64,000 nt of DNA from Octopus sinensis (taxonomy: Eukaryota): assembly GCF_006345805.1 (NCBI RefSeq), contig NC_043025.1, positions 992,001 to 1,056,000 on the forward strand, written 5' to 3'. Numbering within the stretch: the first letter of the stretch is position 1; each line of letters opens with the position of its first letter. Of this stretch, positions 51,761-64,000 are shown piece after piece. The position numbers and the translations under genes were made by a program. Under the pieces are notes generated by a model. The model searched no databases and had not been told where the DNA came from. It was given only the letters and a program-made list of their open reading frames with translations.

Positions 51761-53591
51761 CAAAACAAAAGAGGGACTCATGAAAACCAAAGACATCCCC
51801 ATTAAAAGAGGAATATTCCAGGGAGACACGCTCTCTCCACTCCTTTTCTGCTTGGCACTGTCACCTCTATCTGATATGCTAAATAGAACTGGATGCGGAT
51901 ATAAATGTTACGGCAAAACGATCAGCCACCTTTTATATATGGATGACCTAAAACTATACGCTGCAAATGACAAACAGCTGGAAACACTATTAAAGACAGT
52001 TCATGGATTTACCAAAGAAATAGATATGAAATTTGGATTAGAAAAATGCGCCAAAGTAACCATGAAAAGAGGAAAACTAGTTAAGAGTAACAACATCACA
52101 CTAGATAAAACCAATGAAATAAAAGAATTAGACCAAAGCCAAACTTACAAATACTTAGGAATCCATGAACTAGATAAGACACAACACACACAAATGAAAG
52201 AGAAAATAAAAAAAGAATATTATAGACGAGTTAGATCAATACTAAAAACAGAGCTCAATGCTAAAAACAAGATAATAGGTATCAACACTTTAGCTGTCAC
52301 AGTTATAAGTTACAGCTACAATATCCTTAACTGGACACGAAATGAACTGTCCAAAATAGATAGGAAAACAAAAATACTGACAGGATCTAGGATGCATCAC
52401 CCAAAATCTGACATAGAAAGACTATATATACAACGTATAGAAGGTGGTAGAGGCCTTATACAGCTGGAAAACTACTATAAAATAACCACCATAGGACTGC
52501 AAAAATACCTACTTCAGAAGGAAGGAAAACTGATCCAGATAGCAGCAAAACACGAGCAAAACAAAAAACTGTTCTCAGTATTTAAGGAAGCTGACAAATA
52601 CAAACAAGAAATCATACCACCTAATAAACACAAAGAAGAAGAAGAAGATGATGAAGAAACAACAAAAGCTATAAAACAAATGAAATCCAAACTAAAAATA
52701 GAACATCAACGAGCCATGATAAAACGATGGCAAGAAAAACCCCTTCATGGAAAATACTGCACTAAACTAAACGCAAAAGAAATAGACAAAGAAAAATCCC
52801 AACAATGGTTGAGAAGCTCAGGACTCAAAGCAGAAACACAGGGATTTTTAATTGCAGCACAAGACCAAAGCCTCCCCACCAGAAATTACCAAAAACATGT
52901 AATGAAAAGAAATATTACAAGTAACTGCAGAATATGTGGAGATGGACAAGAAACAATAAATCATATTATCTCTAGCTGCCCAGTCCTGGCTAAGAAGGAA
53001 CATATTCACAGACATGACAGAGTTGGAACCTACATACATTGGAAGCTATGCCAACATTATGGAATAACAACAGAAAAAAGATGGTATAGGCACACACCAG
53101 AAAAGGTCACAGAAAACGAGAAAGCAACCATACTCTGGGATATGCCGATACACAAAGACAGAGAAATTAAGGCCAACAGACCAGATATAGTTGTCAGAGA
53201 TCATGAAGAAAAAAAATGCTTTCTAATTGATGTATCAATACCGGCAGATGACAACGTGTCTCTAAAAAAATGGAGAAACTCTCAAAATACAAAGACCTGG
53301 AAATAGAGGTAACTAGAATGTGGAACCTGAAAACAGAAACAATTCCTATCATAGTAGGTGCATTAGGCATGATAAAAAAATATTCAGACAAATACATAAC
53401 AAAAACACCAGGACGTACAAACACATATAACATACAGAAAATTGCACTACTAGGCACTGCACACATCCTACGCAGAACACTTTCCATACAATAACCATCA
53501 GAGCATCACAACAAATCACAGCACATACCCAAGGCACACAGAGCTTCGCTCGGTAGTGAAGTGAAAGCACGCTAAAAAAATAAAACTACTG
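51761..53591 (+). mobile_element. 5'-truncated R4/Dong-like element, family 2 (young)
   Basis: 508-aa ORF with KRGIFQGDTLSPLLF, LLYMDDLKLY, YKYLG, CRICGDGQETINHIISSC, RHDRV, RPDIVV, LIDVSIP; one frameshift to KYKDL...LRRTLSIQ*; ends 'actactg(aat)n'. Confidence 0.95.
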
Positions 53592-53629
53592 AATAATAAT
53601 AATAATAATAATATTAATAATAATGATAA

Positions 53630-54060
53630 CTTCTACTAAAGGCAGAAGGCCTGAAATTTGGGGAAGGATGATTAGTCAATTACAATGACCCCAGTGTTTC
53701 ACTGATAGTTAATTTATTGACCCCTGAAAGGATGAAAGGCAAAGTCTACCTTGGTGGAATTTGAACTCAGAACATAAAAGTGAATAAAATGCTGCTAAGC
53801 ATTTTGTCCAATGTGCTAATGTTTCTGCCAACTTGCCGCAATAATGATAATGATGATGATGATGATGAAGATAAAAATAATTTTGGTAAAGTGGAATATA
53901 TAGTCCATTAATCAACCCCAGTACTCAACTGGTACCTATTTTACTGACCCTAACAGGATGAAAGGCAAAGTCAGCTTCATGGTAATCAGAATTTGGAATG
54001 TAAAGTCAGAAGAAATGCTACTAAGCGTTTTGCCTGATGTGCTCACATTTCCGTCACCTT
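53630..54060 (-). mobile_element. Two tandem tRNA-type SINEs (duplicate of 14409-14830)
   Basis: Near-identical sequence. Confidence 0.8.
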
Positions 54061-54603
54061 AACAACAATAACAACAACAATACTAATAATAAAATGTGCT
54101 GTTTAGCCCTTGGTCAACCCTGACTGTGCAGGCCTGAGATCAAAAGCATTCTAGCTGTGACCATCCTGTCTTTTTCCTATTTGCAATGACCATATAACCA
54201 TGTGTGTTCACATGTCCTTGTTTTAAGATACGAGGCAGATGTGGCTGCTACATCTAACAGACCTAACCACCCCATACACGATCTCTCATTGGTTCATTAT
54301 TAGCTTGTGCAAATAAATAGACAGGAACAGTTTGACAGGACCCTGCTTAGATTTTCAGTAGACGCATCAGATAGCATTTTTATCTGATGTACTTACTACT
54401 ACCACAGATAACTGTGGTTGTTCAATAGGATTGAGTATTGGGTATATCTATTGATGAGGGGGTCTATTCATATCCATTCCCTGTCTTCAGTCATCATATG
54501 TTGTCAGAATCATAAGGACGCCTTCCTCACACTCATATTTGGGTATTTTAAACATGATGTAGCTAACCCCTCTCTCTGTCAAACCACAGTGGAAATCTTT
54601 CAA

Positions 54604-54661
<58 letters not shown>

Positions 54662-55479
54662 TGAGAGAGTGCAAAATATAATGATGTATTCCTTTCAGTA
54701 CCTGATGTTGTATTGAAAGAATGAAAAAGCAAAGTTGGCGATGATGGGATTTGAACTCAGGGCACAGAATGCCAGAATGACTACTTCAATACATTCTAAG
54801 CAATCCGCTAACAATCCTGTCGAATCCCCAAGTAACAACTGGCAGGTATTTAATGCATGGAACATGCTTGGATGGAGTTGAAAGGCAAGAGGAGGTAATC
54901 CCTGTTTTTCTTTACTAGTGAGTGTTGCTAATTAAACCATCACCCATGTTGCTAATTGCACTTTAATTAGCAGATCGTTCGCAGTCATTATCTCCTGTGT
55001 TAACATTTCCTTTATTTACATTTGACAGCAGTTGATTATAAAAAAATCTATTTGAAATGTCTCATCTTGTCAATCGGTTTCTACTATTTGGTTATTAATA
55101 ACCAAATTTTGAATATGTTTTCATAATGATGCCTTTAATGACTTATCATTATTATATAACATTGAATTCTTCAGGCTGGAATTACCTATAAAAGATATTT
55201 ATATTGGAGAATTAGAGTGGATGCGGATGGGGGGAAGGAAGGATATTTTTAAATCCTTCATTTACGGATGAAGTAATTTTAATTACACATAATTTTATGA
55301 GTTAAAATAAACAAAAGACACTGGAACGCCATCCTTCTCCACCGCCATTAATACAAAGATAATGAAGAACATAATCCAACCAACATCCATTTCACAAAGA
55401 CACAAATATCAAAGTAAACAATATTCTTGAAAAAAAATTTCTCCTTCTCATACATACTCATACATACGCTTATACTCAT

Positions 55480-55495
55480 ACATACAAATATATAT

Positions 55496-55545
<50 letters not shown>

Positions 55546-55616
55546 TATATATATGCATACATACATATATACATAAATATATACATGTATGTATGTATAT
55601 ATATATAGTTATATGC

Positions 55617-55653
<37 letters not shown>

Positions 55654-55711
55654 CATACATATATACATAAATACATATATACATACATATATACATACAT
55701 GTGTATATATA

Positions 55712-55758
<47 letters not shown>

Positions 55759-55875
55759 ATACATATATATACATACATATATACATAGTTATATGCATGC
55801 ATATATATATAGATATATATAGATATATACATACATACATATATAGATACATATATACATACATATATACATACA

Positions 55876-55957
<82 letters not shown>
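55480..55957 (+). repeat. Degenerate (TA)n/(TACA)n tract
   Basis: Read directly. Confidence 0.95.
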
Positions 55958-55959
<2 letters not shown>

Positions 55960-57412
55960 ACTTAGAATAACTTAGAAAGGTTTTGGCCAGTATTGGCCCA
56001 GGCCATGTCTAACTTAATAGCACCACCTCGCGAAGTCTTTCAATTCAGGATTTGGGCACCAAGGCCCATTCGAGCAGACAGTATTGTTTGCGTTGCGGAG
56101 ACATATCGGGTGTGGGTGGTTTGTCCGGAACTGTTTGAAGGAATTTCTCCAGAGACTTCTTGAATTTTGTGTGGTCAGTTTCTGTTTTGACGTGTCCTGG
56201 TGTAATGTTGAAGAGAGCGGTTCCAATTGAGATGAAATGATTGTGCCGTATTGTTGTTATGAGATGCGATTTAGATTTTTGTTGTGGACGGATGGCACGT
56301 GGTCCAAGCTTTGGATGTATTTTGAAGGTGATGCCAACATCATTCGGACAGTGCTGATGGAATATTTTCCACATCATACAGATAATGTAGCGTTCACGGC
56401 ATCGTTGGAGTGAATACAGTTTCAGCTTCTCTAGTCTACCCCAGTAGTCAAGGTCTGACATGCCATCTACCTTTTTTGTGATTGACCTTTGGGGAGCTTC
56501 AATTCTCATGATATTTTGTTTTGTGTAGGGAGACCACAGTGGACAGCAGTATTCAAGGTGGGGTCGGGCAAAAGTGGAGAAGAGAAGGATAATGGTGTGG
56601 GAATCCCTCGACTGGAAGGTTCTGAGAATCCAGGAACACATTCTGCGGGCCATATCAACTTTGCTGCTTATATGTGTAGCCCAGCTTATGTTGTTGTCCA
56701 CTGTTACTCCCAAGTCTCTGATGTTGTTGGATGCCATGAGAATTTCTCCAGAAGGAAGGGAGTATGGGAGTTTCAGAGCGTCCTCCCTTCCAAAGTGGAT
56801 CAGTTCGAATTTGTCTTCGTTTAGTAACATGTTATTCTTTTCCGCCCATTGGAGAACAGCCAGTAGGTCTGACTGAAGGCTTATTCGGTCATCCACGCCA
56901 TTGATGACCTTCTGGAGCTTGGAATCATCAGCGAAAGTTCTGATGTTATTGTGTTTGATGGTGTCAGTAATATCATTAATGTAGATGATGAAGAGAAGTG
57001 GGCCCAACACAGTGCCTTGTGGGACACCACTGCTGACTTTGGCTGGGCTGGATTTGACTCCTTCGACTACAACATGTTGGATTCTGTTAGACAGGGAGCA
57101 CTTGATCCACTGCAGCAGCTTTCCAGTGACACCAATATTGGACGGCTTTCTCAAAAGGATCTTATGATCAACCCTGTCAAAGGCCTTGCTGAAATCGAGG
57201 AAGATGACATCAGTGTTGGAACCCTCTCCCAAGGCTCTCAAAATGATGCAGTAGCTGCGTCAGGCAATCTCTTCCATTACGGATTCCATGCTGGTTGGAG
57301 TTCAGCATATTATGACTCTCAAGGAAGTGAGTCATACGCGATCTCAGCACTCTCTCAAATACCTTAATGATATGAGAGGTGAGTGAGATTGGACGGTAAT
57401 TCACGGCAACCG
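55958..57412 (-). mobile_element. 5'-truncated CR1/L2-type LINE (RT)
   Basis: [55 protein letters not shown]...WSP; short 'ttctaagtta' x2 tail; (TA)n on both flanks. Confidence 0.92.
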
Positions 57413-57420
57413 ATTTGTTT

Positions 57421-57486
<66 letters not shown>

Positions 57487-57879
57487 CATAAATGCATGCA
57501 TTCATACATATAGACGTGTCTATACCCACATACGCATATATACTATCTAAAACAAAAGAAAACCCGATCATGTCCAAAGGGTAGTACTGGATAGGGTGAG
57601 TACTTTACATAGTTTTCGGGTGTAATTAAATGTAAATTATAATGTTTATTTGTTAAAGTTAACAGCAGAAAATTTGCACGTGTATGTTTGTCTCTTCTTG
57701 CAGGAATGCAAGCGTGCCCTTCGCATGCGAAAAACAAACGCACCTACATCTTAAACTGTCATGTCTTTTATTGATATGTAAAGGGAAGTAACTCTAAAAG
57801 TTTATTTTCAGTTATCTCCCTTAATTATGTAGTTAAGAGAACATAAACTTTTCTGGTTATTTTCGGTTTTGTACACTTA

Positions 57880-57981
57880 ATTTTTCAATCATTTGACTGC
57901 GGCCATGGTGGAGCAATGCCTTTATTCGTGCTAATCGACACCAGGACTTATACTTTGTAGGCCTAGTATTTAAACTATCGG

Positions 57982-58061
<80 letters not shown>

Positions 58062-58231
58062 CATGCCGCAGCAGCACCTTTATTCGCCAAATTCGAACCC
58101 AATACTTATTTTTTGTAGGCCTAGTATTTAATCTATTTTCTCTTATGACGAAACGCTAAGTTACGGGGACATGAACACTCCAGCACCGGTTGTCAAGCGG
58201 TGTTGGAGGGATAAACAGACATACAAACGTG

Positions 58232-58273
<42 letters not shown>

Positions 58274-58489
58274 TAATATATACATATATACACACACACT
58301 ATATGTGTATATATATGTTTGTGTGAGTGTGTGGTGTGTTATGCTCCGCCTATCAATTCCACTCACAAGGATTGGTCGGCACGAGTCTATAGTAGAAGAC
58401 ACTAGCCCAAGACATGGGACTGAACCGAACCAAGAACACTGCGTTTCGTAGGGAAGCTACTTATCACACAGCCATTCCTACGCCTATCA

Positions 58490-58527
<38 letters not shown>

Positions 58528-58700
58528 AAATATATCTCAGTGGGGGGTTGCCTGCTTACCAACCACACGGTTCCTGGTGCAGTCCCACCGCGTGGCAGCT
58601 TAGACAAGTGTTTTCTTCTATCGTCCCGGGTCGACTAAATCCTTATGATTCGATTTCGTATCGGAAACTGAAAAAAGCCCGTCGTACAGAAGTGTATATA
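57880..58700. mobile_element. SINE cluster with (CA)/(TA) tracts
   Basis: Several copies of the families seen at 20193, 26165 and 32520. Confidence 0.75.
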
Positions 58701-58962
58701 TGTATACGATTGTGTGCCTCTGTTTGTCCCTACTACCATCAGAAAACTACATAAACACCTAACCCTGCTTCAAGCCAATAGCTTCTACGAAAAATTCAAC
58801 AACTACAGTCAATCAAATATAATGACCAAATGATTTTCTCTTATCTATCGGTTCCAACTAGATTTAACAAACAAATGAGGCAAATTACTTGACTAGATCT
58901 GACTGCATATGTATGCATATATATATATATATATGCATATAATATACGTAGTTATATACATG

Positions 58963-59046
<84 letters not shown>

Positions 59047-59325
59047 GGGCGGGGGAACGAATAGCTTATGACGAAACCATGGTATGCTTTGCTTTCTGAC
59101 TTTTTAATCATCTCATAATAATGACTTTTATTACTACCTCATCCCATCTAAACGTATATATCTGTCGTTACCTTTCATAAAAAGCTTTTTCTTTTTTTAT
59201 TTACAATGTGCATTTTCGTTGATTTTTTTTATTCTCCCCTTAAATTTTCACGTGTATTTTATATTTTCCTTTTGTAACATATTTCAAGCTTAACTGTTAC
59301 TGGCGGTGTGATCGAATGTGACTTT

Positions 59326-62300
59326 TTAGCCCAGTCTTGTACAGAATTGGCAACTAAAACCTTTACCGGTAATAGCCGGCTGTAGTTGTAACTGGGCTTC
59401 ATGTACCTGTGCATGTTTTTTAAGTCCTCCTGCCGAATTACACTCTCTTTTGCATGCCCGGCAGATATTATTTGTATGGTGTGTTACACCACCACCAGTG
59501 GCCAGGTTGTCACTCATCTTTCTCGCTTTATGACTACGAAGATGACTCTTGAGTCCAGCTTTTCTGAGGCAGGGTCTTGCACAGACACTGCATGTCAGCA
59601 TCATAGGAAGACCCTTCCCATCTGGAAGTGTATCAGCGATGCGCTTCCTGACATCCCTCCTTACTTTCTTATGTGCCACTCGAGATTTCTCAAAAGTGGC
59701 TGTCCCCTCGTACACAATCCTTCTCCCCCAGCTACGATCAATAACTATGCCTTCCCATGTGTCAGGAGAGATGCAAGCATCTTTTAAGGAAGCCTTCAGC
59801 AAGTCCTTATACCTCTCTTTTGGTTTATGTGGAGGTTGTTCTCCTTTAGCTAACTCTCCATAAAAGAGTTGTTTTGGCATCCTTGAATCCTTCATCCTGA
59901 CCAGATGATCACTCCATCTGAGCCTTCGCTTTAACACAAGAGCTCTTCTACACTTTCACACCGAGAGCCTTCCAATATTTCAAGATCACTGATGCGGTCC
60001 TTCCACTTAATGCCATAGATCCGTCTAAGACACATCTGATGGAAACGTTCCAGTTGTTTAAAGTGGTATCGATATGTGACTCACGTCTCGCAGGCATAGA
60101 GAAGAGAAGGGAGCACACATGCCTTGTACACCTTTATCTTTGTCTTTCTGCATATGTCTCGCCGACTCCAGAGGCGCTTTTCTACCCTTCCGAAAGCAAC
60201 ACTTGCTTTCCTAATTCTATGTGGAATTTCATCATCCAAATTGCTATATCTATTAATAGTGCTTCCCAGGTAGACAAACTGATCAACTACATCAAGTCGT
60301 TTAAGATACACATAGATATTTGGTACACTATACTGCTTACCAGGGGCAGATTGATGCATGACAACAGTTTTCTTGAGATTCACTGTCACTCCTAAGGCAG
60401 TGCAAGCATCAGAGAATGCATTAAAAATGTGTTGCATACCAATCTCTGTGTGTGCTACTAGATCACAATCATCTGCATACAAAAGGTCTCTCATGATAGA
60501 GGTAAATGCATTTGTTTTCGCAGCAAAGTGCCTGATATTAAATATGCTGCCAGAGGTTCGATAATGGATGTAAACACCGTATCTGCAGTTTTGAATGCAA
60601 TACAGAACACCATCGCAAGATATATGGCAAATAGGGTCGGTGCCAGGATATCCCCCTATTTCCATTTTGTATTGCAATGGGCTCCGACATTTTCCCTCTA
60701 ACATTCACCCTACCATTCATGTCTTCATGAAAGACCTAACAAAGCAAGGAACTTTTCAGGACACCCACGTTTCTGGAGGACTTTCCACAATGCTTTTCTA
60801 TTGATGGTATCAAAGGCTTTTGTCAGATCTACAAAAACTGATACAAATCCAGACCCTGTTCCACACTTCTCCTGAAGCTGTCTAGCTGAAAAGATTTATC
60901 AGCAGTGCCACATGCACACGAAAGCCAGATTGACTCTTGAAGAACACAGTCTGCAACGGATTTCAGCAGACGATCCAGAAGTACCATGCAATAAAACCTT
61001 TCCTACAACAGACAGCAATGATACTCTCTATAATTACCACAATCATTCTTGCTGCCCTTTCCCTTCCACCATTACTGTATCTCTCCAGTCCTCGTACAGA
61101 TTCACTTGTCCATATCTTACCAAACAAAGAGTGAAGTTTCTGCAGAAGTTTCTCACCACCATACTGTAACAACTCCGCATGTATGCCATCCTACCGGAGA
61201 CTTCCCATTATTCAACCTTGAGACAGCCATTGCAACGTCTTCCAACTTTCGTGGTTCTGCGAGTGCTGCCTTCACAGGCAATCCAGGGATGAGATTGAGA
61301 ACATCCTCACTAACTACAGACTGTTGATTCAAAAGTTCATCAAAGTGTTCTTGCCACCTTCGCAGAATTCCTTGTGAATCATGAAGAACTTCTTTACCAT
61401 CCCTGCTTCGAATTGGTGTCATCAGGGAAGACGTCGGTCCATAAACTTCTCGCAAGAGACCATACAGCAACTTTGTGTTATTGGAATCTCATGCCGCCTG
61501 TATCTCGTCAGCCTTCTTACCCACCACGTATCTCCTCTGAGAGAGCCTTTGCCTCACACGTGATTTTACGTCCTTGAGTTCCTATGCAACACTTCCCTTC
61601 CTGTGACTTTGCTGACAAATAGCGTGACAATGTACGCCTCTTTCATCAGCCAATAAATCATCTATATGTTCATCATTTTCTTTGAAACAATCTTGATGCT
61701 TTCTTTGTATCAATCCCAGAAATTTCCTGCCTATATCATAAACTGACTTTTTGAGGTTCGGCCAATCTTCCCCAATATCTGCAGCATCATTTCCTCTCGT
61801 AAAGTTCTCTTCACACTATTATCCCAACATTCAGTCTTTTAGGCAGGATCATCCTGCAGCTCGGATTTTATGTTTTGTGACTAATTTCACTGTTGCACGT
61901 CGTACTAGGCGTGTGGTCAGTCCAACACTCAGCTCCACGAAGAACACGATCACACTGCACATCCTGTCTGTCACGCACCCTAACTAGGATGTAATCCAGA
62001 ATATGCCATTCTTTAGTCCTAAGCTTATTCTTTGGTTGAAACATGGTATTGGTAACACACAGACTCAGCTCTTCACACATGTGCAGCAAAAGCATGTCAT
62101 TACTATTACACTTCCCCACCCCATGCTTTCCAATTACAGTCCATGTGTTAAGATCCCTACCCACTCTAGCATTAAAGTCACCCAGTACGATGACTTTGTC
62201 TGCCCGAGGGATATTTCTTATAATGCCCTTCAAAGCATGGTAGAAAGAAAGTTTTTGTCTCAGATAAAGCAACAATGTCAAGATCATAGCGTTGAAGCTC

Positions 62301-62350
62301 CTTCGCAACAAAGCGCAGTCTTCTTTCAGGACATTCAGAGGACTTAGTAG
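59326..62350 (-). mobile_element. Decayed RTE-clade LINE with C-terminal C2H2-like fingers
   Basis: ELQRYDLDIVALSET, VLGDFNARVG, WHILDYILV, CWTDH (APE); LLYADDCDL, FVYLGS, LPSLLYACET, LRWSDHLVRM..RMPKQLFYGEL; CSVC..HLRSH, CRAC..HAQVH, CQFC. Many frameshifts. Confidence 0.92.
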
Positions 62351-62959
62351 ATTGATTGCATATTTCTTTCATTATTTCATCAAAGCTTTCTTAGTCCAAA
62401 AAATGCCGATATTGGAATTTTTTGAAATTCTCCCCACCTCTAGGAAAAACTTTTTCTAAAAGAATTCCAATATAACCAGCATGTACACAATATGTCAAAA
62501 ATTTAACTAAAAATATGAACCTTTCTTCCAGTTAAAAGGATGCAAAATCGAGGGTCATATTTGTGTAGAAATAACCCATAGGCATTCGATACAGATTGTG
62601 TACGTATGAGCCAAAAATAGTTTGTGTGAGATTTGGCTGCTTTTTGTAGCATGTAGATATCCTGTTTGAAGCCCGTAGAATCGGGAGGGGTGGAGGTTGA
62701 AGCAGATTGAGATGGCAACTTCAATAGTCGGGTAGTATGATAAAAGCACCGAGCCCATGTTGTGAGTTGGTTGATGTTAGGAAAGGCATCTAACCAGAAA
62801 TAGGAGACCAAAGCAGACGTTTGAGCGCAGTGCAGTCCTTGGATCCTGTCCAGTCCAAGCCAGAAAGGAACATGGATGTTAGGTGATGGCGACAATGATG
62901 ATGATGTTATTTACTCTGTTGATGATGACAATCAAGGCTATAAATGTATAAGTGTGTGT

Positions 62960-62964
62960 GTGTA

Positions 62965-63018
<54 letters not shown>

Positions 63019-63113
63019 TATATAATATATATAAATATATATAATATATATATAATATATATATATTATATATATAATATATATAATATAAATATATAAT
63101 ATATATATATATT

Positions 63114-63146
<33 letters not shown>

Positions 63147-63240
63147 ATATATATATTTAATATTTATATATATTTATATATATATATATATATAATATAT
63201 ATTTATATATGTATGTATGTATGTATGTATGTGTGTATGT
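62960..63240 (+). repeat. Degenerate (TA)n tract
   Basis: Read directly. Confidence 0.95.
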
Positions 63241-63829
63241 ATAGGCGTATATGGCGCAGATTTAACTCACCCTTCCCACTTTTTTGTGAAATACGTAGAA
63301 AAGATTGGAGATAGTGATTCTGAAAAAAGTCATTGTTTGTAAAATGACATTTATTCAAAAGAAAAAAAATAAACCTCACCTCCCGATTCTACGGTTTTCA
63401 ACCAGGCTATCTACATGCTAGAAATAACAGCCATACCTCGAGCGAACTTTTTGGGGCACATAATTACAGCCTCTGTATCGAATGCTTTGCATTTTACCCC
63501 ATGGGGCAACGGAGTCACTTCGTTACTATCATCTATCTCTTGTAGTTCCTTCTTGTCATTTTCTCTTTCTTTCTCCTTCCGTTCTGTGGAAGTGCATGGC
63601 TCAGTGGTGAGATCGTCAGGCTCACACTCTCGAGATAGTGAGATCGATTCATGGAACGGATCTGTGCACAGTGCAGTCCTTGGTTCCTGTCCAGCCCATG
63701 CCAGAAAATAACAGGGATGTTAGATGATGATGACAATGATGATGTTACTTACTTTGTTAATGATGACAATCAAGGAAATGATGAACATGATTATAAGCAA
63801 TTTAGATAGAATTGTTTGTAAATGATTAT

Positions 63830-63904
<75 letters not shown>

Positions 63905-63908
<4 letters not shown>

Positions 63909-64000
63909 GTGTGTTAATTAGCTTGCTAACGAACGACATGGTTCCTGGTTCAGTCCCACTGCGTGCTACCTTGGGCATGTGACTTCTACTATAGCCTCAG
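63905..64000 (+). mobile_element. SINE 5' end (runs off the window)
   Basis: 'gcttgctaac.aac.acatggttcctggttcagtcccactgcgtg..accttgggca.gtg.cttctactatagcctc'. Confidence 0.85.

Larger units (their letters stand above)
40700..55441. repeat. Segmental duplication, copy C
   Basis: Colinear with 1-17437. Confidence 0.97.

Noticed and set aside
55348-55970. YIYIYI/MYVC ORFs (also 21317-22424, 25391-25870, 33284-33560)
   Set aside because: Translations of (TA)/(TG) tracts.

Overview
AT-rich, microsatellite-dense animal DNA. The SINE families look like those of a coleoid cephalopod (Octopus-like); this is recognition, not a database result. One multi-exon host gene can be rebuilt from splice sites and frame on the + strand (about 22.1-42.7 kb): signal peptide, a Cys-rich three-finger (Ly6/uPAR-like) domain, a SEA-like domain, a hormone-receptor (HRM) domain, then a second, duplicated SEA module and a short stop-containing exon. 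This is adhesion-GPCR-type ectodomain, but I find no GAIN/GPS or 7TM exons after it. Three single-base deletions interrupt the reading frame (assembly error or early decay), and a 100-N gap lies in intron 1. The 3' end of that gene and about 15 kb of downstream DNA are present twice (1-17.4 kb and 40.7-55.4 kb). The duplicated block holds Helitron, MULE and Penelope relics and a long (AAT)n array that has repeatedly received R4/Dong-type REL retrotransposons and an uncharacterised, variably 5'-truncated non-coding element. Also present: a near-full-length RTE, a second decayed RTE, a CR1-type LINE, a LINE ORF1 relic, two MITEs, many tRNA-type SINEs and two type-I hammerhead ribozyme candidates. 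No rRNA, true tRNA gene or CRISPR array is supported. Most listed ORFs are microsatellite artefacts. Boundaries of repeats and relics are approximate.
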